Positions 1 through 11,312 of a stretch of 64,000 nt of DNA are shown here, in pieces. How positions within the stretch are numbered: position 1 is the first letter of the stretch; the number at the start of each line of letters is the position of its first letter. The DNA lies in the NCBI GenBank assembly GCA_009103225.1, contig RHPI01000772.1, positions 289,538-353,537 of the forward strand, given 5' to 3'. A program made the position numbers and the translations under genes. This DNA comes from Chlorokybus atmophyticus (taxonomy: Eukaryota; Plantae; Mesostigma and Chlorokybus algae). Under the pieces are notes generated by a model. The model did no database searches. It saw nothing but the letters and a program-made list of their open reading frames with translations, and had not been told where the DNA came from.

Positions 1-818
1 CAGTTGCATGAGTGTGGGGGTAATAGTCCTCTGGTATGTATGGCGAATGCGCAGTTGAATGCAGACTGTGTGGGTATGTGGGGAAATGTGTGGCAGGATT
101 CACACACCCGCAGATGCACATACCCACACAACCATCACGCGCTACCAAGTGAACACCATGATAGCCATGTCAGCTCACCTTCAAGCCCTTAGGAACAGGC
201 GTTGGCATAACACTGTGCCACCTGGCCTGGAATGCATTTATAAGACAACTGACTTTTCGACGTTGTTGCAAAACTAGGCAGGAGATACAATCTACGGACC
301 AGCTCTGTGCAAGTCATGCAACCAGTTTCAACACGAGCACACGTGTATCAAGTAAACTGTGACACAATGGCATCAGTATTATGCGACCCTGAGAGCTGAT
401 GCCAAGCACGATTGCTTTCCCAGGTACACGCATCAGCATCCCTACACACCCTCATGCAGTAGAGTAGTTACTCTAAGTACACACACATATGTACACACAC
501 AGCATCCCTGACTGATGTTGTGTTGCGTCGTGCATTGCCGCCAGAGGCAAGCGCCCCATGTGACCGCTGGCAGAGCGGAGTCACACTGCAGAGCAGCAGG
601 TGAAGATCACTGCTGGCCAGGCCAAGCACACAAGCACTGATGTTCACTGTTTTGATCGATATTGAACTATGGTGAGCCATTATGTAACACGCTCACGGGT
701 GCACAACACCCGCACTTGTTTGTGAATGCATGTTACTGTACATACACTGTTGACCCCAACGTGGCGCACTCACGATTGGTATGTTAAACACATTGCCGCA
801 TGACATATGTTGCCTCAC

Positions 819-3074
819 CTGGGGAGTCAATGCCAGAGTGTCGAGGCGCAGGCTCGGGCGGCTTGTCCGCGTCGGGCAGCTCGTTAACGCGACGCTTCAC
901 GGGCACACCTGGCGGCACACCGTCGACCACAACATCCTCCTGGAAAGCAAGCATGCATGCATGTGTGGTTTGATGTTGCACACACAAACACACACGCACA
1001 CACATGTGCACACACACACAAACACACAATGGTAGGCGCACGGATTCACTGCTTGAATTCGTTGAGAGCAATTGCTGCTCTCAACGAATTCAAACGCTCT
1101 GTAGAACCGAGCTTGTTTCATTTGTACGTCAATGCATACGACGATGTGTAAAACAGAATCGGCTCTACAGAGCTCTGGATTTGTTGAGAGCAGCAGTCAA
1201 TCTGTTCGCCTGCAGAGGCGTATGGCATTAAGCTACACATCTAGGGTTAGGGTGAGGGTTAGCGTGCGTTTGCCCATATGTTTGCGTGTCTAAGTTGTGT
1301 GCATGTCTACACACGTGTGTGTATGCACGCGCGCGCACACATGCAACGCTACCACCAGTCAGTGTCGTACCTCCACCAACTTCAGCGCCTCTTTGCTGAC
1401 GGGCAGCGGCTCCGCATCACCAACAAGCCAGGGCTTGTCTGAAGAACAAAACACACGCAAGTCAACATACCATAAGCTTGATACCAACTGCACTGTGTGG
1501 CGAAAAGGTGACAATTGCGCACACCTGGCGGATCGGCACCAAGCCTGTAGCGCGGTCTTGTTTCATCAGGCGTGTCATTGGCAGCTGCAACTCCTGAAGG
1601 CGAGTGCCGGGCGGTACTGTTTGCAAATGACACCTATATGATTATGATGTGGTTAAAATGCAGTCTTACACGGTTGTGCACCACGACATGTTGTTTGGGT
1701 GTTTGAATCCATGCACACTCTTGGCCACACAACAGCAGGCAAAAGGGGCAAGTTGTTACAGAATTGCATATATGCTTGCATATATGCTGAAGTACATCGT
1801 CCCTGTGTCAACTTACACGCACGTAAGTTGACAAAGGGACGAAGTCTACATTTATACTTCTTTACAAACGACGTTGATTCACATATCAAAAGAACTCGAA
1901 TAGCTTGTTAGGCAGCTCAATACCTCGAAGCCACTTGAGCTTGCTTGTGCCGCCTCCTCACCAGGCCTGTCGACTGCAAATGCGTGTTAACAAAGTCGAA
2001 TAAAGTCGAATAAGAACACGAGGTCTAGCAAGAACACTGCACATCAAAGAGTGTCTCACATGCATGCATGCATGCAGCACGCCCATCCTTGTGGTCTTCC
2101 AAGCAAGTCCCCCAAGAGACACGAGACTCTAACCTGTGGAAGTAGCTGGGGAAGGCGGGTTTGTGGTCCGATCCTGCACAGTTGCCGCCATGCGCTCGAA
2201 CTCTGCGTACGATATCCAGCGCAAAACGATAGTGTATGAAGCGGGGATGCGCGTTATGTAACGACCAAACGGCAGCTGTAGATATTGGAAAGTTTCACAA
2301 ACAAGCAAACTATGACCACGGTCGTAATAAACGATGAGATGAGAAGTATTGTTCGTGAACTGAGGCTCTTGCTTTGCCCGAAGGCAGCGAACATCGCTGA
2401 ATGTTAAGGCTCTGCGTGCATGTGTCTTTGTATACCTACATGCACAATCCAATGCGGAAACAAACAAAAGCATGCATGCATGTACCAGCAGCAGCAACGA
2501 CAACCGCTAGTACTACGGTAGTGCAATCGTGCCTTCCTAGCAGTAGACTGCCTGTTAACGCATGCACACACATGCTACCAACGCAACAGCTGCATGAACA
2601 CCTTCACAAACACAACCGGGCAGGGCATCCAATCCATAGTGACGAACATACCCAACCCAACCCAACCCAACCCAACCCAACCCAACCCAACATTCTGCTT
2701 GCAAAATGCGCACACACACACGAGATACCCTCGCTCTTATCCCACGCTGAATGCATGCCCCGGGATGCCATACCATATCCCCTCGTCTTCCCTCCCATCC
2801 CCCCCGCTCCCCCAACCGCCCCCACCGCCATCCTCCCGAGCCCCGTCAGGTCCCCCGACGCGGCGGCCGCGACGGCGGGGACGCGCGCGAGGACGAGACC
2901 GAGCCCGCGGAGGACGCGGGAGGCGTCGTGGGAACGGGACGCCATGGCGGAGAGGAGTGAAGTGTCTGCCCGACGGGCGACGCCGACGACGCTGCCGCCG
3001 CCGCTGACGACGACGACGGTGCGGTGGTGGCGCAGCTGTGTTTGGTGGCAGGGGGTGCTAACAGCAGCAGCCAT
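819..3074 (-). CDS. Multi-exon gene, hypothetical protein (partial model; may extend further left)
   Basis: Exons with clean AG/GT borders on the minus strand: 939-819 (EDVVVDGVPPGVPVKRRVNELPDADKPPEPAP), ~1429-1362 (DKPWLVGDAEPLPVSKEALKLVE), and candidates at ~1625-1530, ~1975-1925 and ~2200-2135. A GC-rich possible first exon starts at ATG 3074 (MAAAVSTP...). No family recognised. Confidence 0.45.
1053..1196. repeat. Fold-back inverted repeats in an intron
   Basis: Perfect 18-bp stem TTGAATTCGTTGAGAGCA/TGCTCTCAACGAATTCAA (1053-1093, 5-nt loop), plus an imperfect ~48-bp inverted repeat 1072-1120 vs 1149-1196. Confidence 0.85.
2651..2690. repeat. (CCCAA)8 microsatellite
   Basis: Eight exact pentamer copies. 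Confidence 0.95.
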
Positions 3075-3423
3075 GCATTGGCCTACGTGGCAGGGGGTGC
3101 GTGGGCGGGCATGACGCCAAAACAAATAACATGTCGTCAATGACTCGTCATGCACTGACACAAGAATGCTTGCTGCTTTTGGCTTCATGTTTACTTCCGC
3201 AACTGCAAGGTAAGCTTGGCTTCATTAACGTACACTACGGTGCAGCTATCATAATTGATGTTGCAGACTGCATGCCATGCAAACTTAAACCCCTCTTTTA
3301 TTACTCAAACAGATTGCAAAGCATGCAATGTATAGCAAATTGCATTGATGATTTTCGGCACGCACTTCTCCCTCGCACCCCCTGTGCGCTCATACCTGCA
3401 TCCGGATCGATCAAGCCAAATGA

Positions 3424-3642
3424 CTAGGTGTCGGACAGCGTGATCAGACCCATCGACACGGCTTTTGGGGTCAGCCAATGAGGAGCGCGAGTAGTGGTGA
3501 CGGCCGACATCGACAACGTAAGCAAATCCCAGAGAAATGGTCGGTAGTAAGTTGCAAGTAAGCGGACCAGCGCGGAAGCGGCGGCGTTCCTTTGAAGACT
3601 CGCGAAAGTCAACATCGGACTAGGCGAAACGCGTGCATGCAC
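3424..3642 (-). pseudogene. Degenerate Ty3/gypsy RT thumb/connection fragment
   Basis: ALVRLLATYYRPFLWDLLTLS...TTTRAPHW resembles the gypsy motif FLGLAxYYRRF...LTxLT...FxW. Confidence 0.5.
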
Positions 3643-4509
3643 GCTGCCTTGTGTAGGAGTCGGATTTGTAAGAGATGTGGCCCGAGCTCCTTTGCTATAT
3701 ACCTTTTCACCTAATCGTTGCCTTGCCCTTGGTGCTCTCTTGCACTATTGCATTAACCTGCGAGCATGGCCACCGCCCCGTCGCCTGCAAACCGCATCCT
3801 CCCTTGCATAATTCGGTAATTGCATGCCTTGCACAACCACAATCACGGTTGTAGGCATCCACTAGATTGCTGTTAGGTGAGTGCTTGCAGCACGTAAACT
3901 CGCTTTACTTGGCAAACTTGAATCACACATGAATACCCTTGCATAACTGCTGTGTGCTTGTCCACATTCATCTTTAGTCAAAGAGCTTGTTGACTTGCAA
4001 CTTACTCAACAGCACTTAATCATCACTTAAAGTGTTTGTGTTTGTTTTGCCTGGGTAGTGTTCGTCGCGTGCGTGTGCATGCGTCTCAGGAATCAAGGGC
4101 TCAGCTGGGGAACCTGACAAGTAAGAACACATAGAGGGTGGAGGCGAGCTGATTCTGCTACCACGCTACCTGAATTCGCTCTAGCACCTCCCCTTTTTAC
4201 AGACGAAGAAGTGGGTGGCCACAACCCACCAGTCACTGCAACCCTCCTACCCTCTTCTCTTAGCGACCCCAGCTCCGGAAGTGAACACATGGCTGCCCCC
4301 AGCGGCAACCGAGGCAGCAACGAAAGCAGTGGCAGCGGAAGGAAGCTGGTCTTCGCTGGAGCAGCGGGCTCCATCTCATTAAAGGACTGGCTCTGCCGCT
4401 TCAACTCCATTGCCTTTACTGCGAAGGCACGAGCCCGGGACTGCTGAGATAACAAGCAGAACTTCATCCTGCCTACGAAGTATTCGGATGACGTCGCAGT
4501 AGCCGTGTG

Positions 4510-5760
4510 GCACGAGGTTGCCTCTGCACATGAGCTTCTGGAAGACGAGATAATGCTTCGCTCCGGCTCCTCCATAGGTCCCACCATCTCTGCTGTAGAA
4601 CAGGTGCTCCACGCCCGCTGCCGCAAGCTGCTGTACGCGTTGCGCAAACGCCACCAGCACGGAGGAAACCGACACCTGCAGCAATGGCTCGGGTACTACC
4701 GCCACCACTAAATCCTTTGTGCCAGTATTGCAGAAGGACGAGACTAATGAGGCATACCGTTAGCGATACAGCGCAGCTATCGCTGCTTATGCTCTCGCCT
4801 TGGCAGCTGCCTCTCCTGCCACGGCGCCTCTCGCAGCTCATCATTCACCAGCTGCAAAAGACGTCTCAACGCTGGCAGCACTCTTGCCATGGGCGGACTT
4901 GGTTCTTTGATTAAGCTAGCGCTTTCCCGCTTACACCCATCGCAAATTGTACACGGTGACTGACGAGAGACTGAGGGACTATTGGATGCCTGACCCTAAC
5001 GGACCTAACGACTTTGGCCACAAAGGGACTGAATAAACTGCCGGTGCGTATTGTGGACAATAACCAATTGCCAACCGCCGATCGTACAGCATAGTGGACT
5101 GTTGCCTACCAATGATGACGTGACATCACGAGGTTGCCTCTACGCATGAGCTTCTGAAAGACGAGACAATGCTTCGCTCCGGCTCCTCCTTAGGTCCCAC
5201 TATCTCTGCTGTTGAACGGGTGCTCCACGCCCACTGCCGCAAGCTGCTGTACGTGTTACGCGAACGCCACCATCCACCCGCACGGAGGAAACTGACACCT
5301 GCAGTAATGGCTCGGGTACTACCGCCACCATTAGATCTTTTGTGCCAGTATTGCAGAAGGACGAGAGTAATGAGGCTTACCGTCAGCGATACAGTGCAGC
5401 TATCGTTGCTTATGCTCTCGCCTTGGCAGCAGCCTCTCCTGCCACGGCACCTCTCGCAGCTCATCATTTACCAGCTGCAAAAGACGTCTCCACGCTGGCA
5501 GCACTCTCACCGTGGGCGGACTTGGTTCTTTGATTGAGCTAGCGCTTTCCCGCTTACACCCATCGCAAATTGTACACGGTGACTGACGAGAGATTGAGGG
5601 ACTATTGGATGCCTGACCCTATCTAACCCTAACGGACCTAACGACTTTGGCCACAAAGGGACTGAATAAACCACCGGTGCTTATTGTGGACAATAATCAA
5701 TTGCCGACCGCCAATCGTACAGTATAGTGGACTGTTGCCTACCGGTGATGACGTGACATA
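4510..5760 (+). repeat. Tandem duplication, ~620-635-bp unit (4510-5126 / 5127-5760)
   Basis: Both copies start CACGAGGTTGCCTCT and end GTGGACTGTTGCCTACC..TGATGACGTGACAT; high identity by eye. Confidence 0.9.
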
Positions 5761-7500
5761 AACATATTTTGACGGCCGACCGCCGTTCATACTGCTTCTG
5801 TAACGGTGACCTACCTGTAATGGCAATTAAGTGTATATTCAGGCCCCTAATGGCGGCGGTCGATACCAGTGAGTCAGAGTTGACCCGCGGCCGGCCGTCG
5901 GCCGTACATAAGCCGCGGTGGCGACTAACCTACATTGGCAAACAAGTGACCATCCAATCTCAACTAAGTCTCCTAGGAGGGACGAGCGATGGCGGCGAGT
6001 AACTGTTAGTCCGGTTATCTATACTCGGCACACTTAATGGAACAATAGTACCATTGCGCTGGTACAACAATCATCAAAGTACCCTATACGATACTCATTA
6101 TTCAATGGTACAACGGTGCTGTCGTACCATTTAGTAGTGGTACGACTGTACCATTGAACTTGAAGACGTTGAGCGTTTGAAACGCAGCAGCGTTTCAAAC
6201 GCTTATTTACAAGGTCAGTTGTGCGGCGATGACGGCGGCGGTGGCGGTGGCGGTGGTGGCGGCGGCACGGTTGGTGAGTTTGTGTATATGTGTGTACACA
6301 GAGTAGTTGAGTTGCATGTGCATGATGGCGTTATGTTAAGTGCAACAGCGCAACCCGCCCTTCTTACAGGCCAGGCCAGGCCAGGCGGCGGCGGCGGCGG
6401 CATGGTAGGTAAGTTTCTTTGTATGTGTGTGTATGATGCCGTTGTGTTGACGCCCTTCTTGCCGACCAGGCCAAGCGAAGGAGGAGCGGCGAGGGCGGCA
6501 AAAAAGCGGCGGCGCAGGCGCGGAGGAGTGGAGAGTGGAGGAGCGGCGGCTGAGTATAAGGGTAGAGTATATATGGTAGTAGTAGTAATAGCTCAACATA
6601 GTTTACATTGTAGCGTAGCAACATGTTACAATGTTTATTGTTATTATATAATATTATATATTTGTGAATCAGTCAAGTTATTATATTATATTATATATTT
6701 GTGACTCGCCGTCTCTCACAGTTGACGACAATCACATGTAGTACCTGCTCGTAACTGAATGGTACGGATAGGTATTGGGGACAGTGACGTCAGGTACCTT
6801 GAAGGTCCCATAAAGTACCCCAAAGGTACAGTCTACCCCCGTTATAAGAACCATGTTTATCTTTCAACTTTTTATTCTATTAACGGGGTTATTCTCTTGG
6901 CGCTTATAAGAATATATATTCTTTTATCATTTAAAAAATATATATTCTGTTAATGGGGATATCGACCGATAACCTGAAGCCACGTCATCATTTGCTGACG
7001 TGGCAAAATTTAAACTCATATATCCTCTATAAACCTTACAATACAATATATGAACTTAATGATTTAATTTATATAATTATTCTAATATCAACAAGACAAT
7101 CATGCTATTAATTTTCAAGCCTTCTTTGTAGTCTTATTACGTACAAGACTATTCCACTAAATGAAGATGTTTGCCTGTAAAACCAATGGTCTTTTTATAA
7201 TCCATGATCTTAGCGGGGTTATTCCCTTAAAGCGAAGTCTTTTAACGGGGGTAGACTGTACCTGATAGTTGCGTACACCGGCGACTATACCTTCGAGGTA
7301 CAGTCGCCGGTACCTAACTGTTGGGTACCGATTAGTTAGGCTAAGTCCCCTTTGCTTGACTGATGGGTATTTAACAGGTACCTGTCAGTCTAGGTCAGTC
7401 CCTTTGGTAAAACGGCCGCCGCCTAATGGTGACGGCCGTTATACTCAGGTCTTTATATCGAGATTACAGGTGGACTGAGGTACGACAGTCTAAATAAGTA
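5622..7500. mobile_element. Non-coding 1.9-kb insertion into gag (non-autonomous element, Helitron-like or unknown class)
   Basis: Removing 5622-7500 restores a continuous gag frame (DYWMPDP-I-LRCTTVANILSAGRGNNLRWAVDK). 5' end A|TCTAACCCTAAC; small hairpin GACTG..CAGTC 10 nt from the 3' end; no TIRs seen. Confidence 0.65.
6829..7258. mobile_element. Tc1/mariner/pogo-type MITE (430 bp)
   Basis: TIRs CAGTCTACCCCCGTTA / TAACGGGGGTAGACTG flanked by a TA duplication inside a GGTACC target; AT-rich non-coding interior. Confidence 0.85.
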
Positions 7501-10500
7501 TCCTCAGATGCACGACCGTTGCCAATATTTTATCGGCCGGCAGGGGAAACAATTTGCGATGGGCCGTTGACAAAGCGCAAGACCTCATCATGCTTAAAAG
7601 GAAGCAAAACGAGACGCCAGTCCAGTTCTACGAGCACATCGTGAACTTCTGGTCGAGGACACCACCCTTAACGAGATGCCTCTCAACCCTTATCATCTGG
7701 CACGGGTTCATATGGACAACCTTGACCCACCCCTGCGAAAGCATGTGAAGGCTAACATGTGAGGTGAAGCCAATCACACCCTTTACTAGGCATACATGCG
7801 CGCCGTGTACTAGCAAGAGAATTTGGTTTAAGAGCAGGCTGCTCTCGAAATCAGTGGCCTCACACATTGCAGCAGCCGCCCCGGCTTAGTATCCACCCCT
7901 GTACCGCCCAAGCGCACGCGCTCCGCCCATGCCGTTGTGCAAGAAGAGGACAGCCCCTCTCAACCCTGCCACCGGTGCGGCAAGGAGGGGCACCTTATCC
8001 AAATATGCCCGATGCCACGCGATGATGCCCTTTGCAACCACTGCGGCATGGAAGGGCATCTCGAAGTTGTTTGCTACACATTGCTGAGCTCAGGGAATCT
8101 CTGACAACAAAAACCTCTCCAACCGGCACTGGCGCCGACTTGAAAAAAAAAATACAAAGGGAATGGCAAAGGCAAAGCCGGCCCACCCAATAGTAACAAG
8201 TCTAAGGGTAAAATTGCCATCAAGATCGCCTCTGTTGTTAGGGGCAACCCTGACCTCCATGACGAAAGGGATGGTCTTTTAGCCGAGATTAAAGCTCTTC
8301 ACAATCGGAGGGATGAACTAGAGTACCTCCTCAACAGTAACCAGTTAGCGGCCTGCCCGGTCACTTGACCATTCAGAACTCCTGCCATCAGGGGCCCATT
8401 GCCCTTCACACGATATGTTGGGGCAGATCGTCGTACACTCCCCACCTAGCTCATCCACATCCCCACCTTACCAACGAAGAGCAACCTCGCCATCAGCAGA
8501 GGCTGCCGCAGCTAGCACCACCCCGGCACAGGCTGAGTCTTCGCCAGCGGAGGCCACAGCACCTGCTGTCATTACACTTAAAGACATCGCCAGTATAGCC
8601 CCCTCCCCCATTGCTCATGCTGTCCCTAACGACTCCGCCATCATCGGTCGCCATTGACAGGCAGAACTTCCGGAAGGAGTCGAGAGGCACGCCATCCGGT
8701 GGGGCCGTCTTCATAATCACTGGCGCGACAACATGCGCACTCGCCCCATGATGAAGAGGAGCTAATTGATGTGGCATTCCTTCACGCTCGGCAATTTTCT
8801 AATATAATAGCATATTGTTATGATGCCGTGGCAGACAACGATAACACCGTGCAAGATGCTTGGGTGCTGGACAACCTTGGAGGCCTGGTTGGTCTTGTGA
8901 TGGCACGACGCAATGCCCGGTTGGGCAGGCGTTGCACCCCGCCATCGTTAGTCGGATGGAGAAAGTTCTTGACACCCTACCACCTTTCACGCTTCTCATC
9001 ACTGTGTTGTGGGTGCTCAACCTGGCTCAGCATCGCGCTGTCAATGCTCCTGCTCGCAAAGCTCGTAAATGGGGTGTGACTTTGGGTGAACTTCAGGTGG
9101 CATTGGCTTAAATTGTTGCCGAACGTGGCAGCAACCCTTCCTTCCTTTTTCCATTGAGACCGCCCGGCCTAATGCATCTGCCACCCACACCAAGGGAGGT
9201 TGTCATGCGGGAACAGTTAAACGAGTCCGTGTATAGGTATGACATTTATCTGACAACCTTAAATGCGCAGCGAGCCAACATGGCAACAGGAGGGACGCCC
9301 ACTACAGACCAGGCCATCTATCCACAATTCATTGGACGTCTTTGTCACCTGCAGGACGCTACCTAGGCCTAGGCATGGCCATCACCAACCAATGTGGAAA
9401 CCTTGGAACAGAAAATGCTTAAGGCTATTGCAGCAAGATCCCACCATTGGCTATCCGCTCGACGCTGACTTGCCACATAACGACTGTGTACGTCTGAATA
9501 ATGCCATCATTGCACGTGTACACACCCTCTCTCACTTGATCCACTTGGTGCCAACAAACGTACGGTTATCTCCACAACAACTGACGCGATTGAGTAGCCT
9601 GAAGGCATATGAAGACAGAGTCCTCATGGATGTGCTCGAGACCACGCGCCATCGACACACTCATCGATATGAGCCCAACGACTTACTTTCATGACTGGCG
9701 GCACACTAGCTAGCAGCGTAGGCAAACCACAGTTTGATAGATTACAACATGCCAAGAATTTCGTCTCCCACACTAGTTTTGAATTTCACAATGCCCGCAG
9801 TGGAAGGCGAACACCCTCGCGCAGAATCGTGCACGCTGGTACATGACACTCTCCTTCAGCACACGCTCAGCCCACTGCCTCCCACGCCTCCAATATCACT
9901 GCCATCTGAGCTGTCGGCGCTTGCAGACAACACCTTGCACCAGCAATCACTTGACCTGGCACCCACCAATGATGCCAAAGCAGTGTTTTATGAACAAGCA
10001 GCGATTCCAATTGACGCAGCTTCAAACGGTGTATACAATAGCATTCATTCATTCAGGGGCGGTGCACTATGTATAAGAGCGCAGACGTGTCCGCGCCGCC
10101 TTACGGCTGCATCGAGTGGGCCAGCTTCAGGCTAGCGCACCTGAACGCATCGCCAATGAACGTCCATGGGTGTCTACACCAGAGTCAGGTACCGGACACC
10201 CCACGCGCTCTCCGCCACAAGCCTACCTGGGGCACCGGCGACAAGGAGCTTACATGCCGCTGCATCTTGTCCGTGCAGCGCAGGAGCAGCAATTCCGCAT
10301 GGACTACCTCCGCCACAAAGGCTCAGCTCCCGCCATTGCTCTGGAAGAAGACCCCCATACAGCACTTGTCAGTGCTTTTCAAGCTGACAACAAAATGTGT
10401 AGGAGATCTCTGCAAGGCCGCGTGACATGTGAAGACCTACGGCTTGCTCACCAGCGATGACGCCGTCGACAAGTAAAGAAGGCGAAGCGAGAGCTGTGGT

Positions 10501-11312
10501 TGCTGCGTGCTAGGCTCTTACTTCAAGATGCACCACCACGCACACTCTTTGAGCTCACACACGCCCAACGGCTGCGCAGCACGCTCTTGCTCGGCAGGGG
10601 GCGGGGGGGGGGAGGGAGAGGATGTTGCTCAACGCCAAGCTCACAAGACACACTTTTCAAGCGATTCTCTTCCGCGACCGTACATGGACGCTGCACACCA
10701 CCTGCCAACAAGCCGTGACAATCCACAGCCACGAAGGTCGCCCACTTGCCACGCGTGTACGTTGGCACTTGACAACTTACGCCAACAAATTGCACGAGGG
10801 GCCATGGCATGATTTGGTGCGGCTAGGATGCGGCATTCGTGACAAAAAACTTGAGTAGTTTATCCTCTGGCTGATACACCCATTACACTCTCTGGACTCA
10901 AATCACTTCATTTGCGCCGCCGCCTGGTTGGAGGACTTCTTGCTGGTGCGGCTCCCTCTCATGCTTACTCGGATGATTGACAGCTCCATGATCCAACCTC
11001 CGTGGAAGAACCGACTACAAACGTGGGGAACAGAAGCAACAAGAGTTTAATGATGACAGCAACCTTCTTACCATGGAACCCTTGATCGCAACAGGACTTC
11101 TCTTGAGAGCACATTTTTCCATCATGAAGATGATCATGAGACCCGTAATCTTTGACAGGTGATACAGAGTCAAGTGCGGAATAGAGAGGGAGTCTCTGAG
11201 GAGGTAATTAACCAAAGCAGCCGAGCACGTAGTGATGCAGAGCATGACCTAGTAGCAGCCTACGTGGCTCTCCTCTCCATTGTGCTCATCACTGCTTACG
11301 GGGGGTCATCGC

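Noticed and set aside
1241-1262. CTAGGGTTAGGGTGAGGGTTAG telomere-like tract
   Set aside because: Only ~3 imperfect units; too short to call an interstitial telomere.
2401-3114. 237-aa plus-strand ORF with QPNPT repeats
   Set aside because: Produced by the CCCAA microsatellite and GC-rich sequence antisense to a likely exon.
6177-6704. 175-aa Gly-rich ORF inside the unclassified insertion
   Set aside because: Arises from GGC and TA-rich simple repeats; no protein-like signal.
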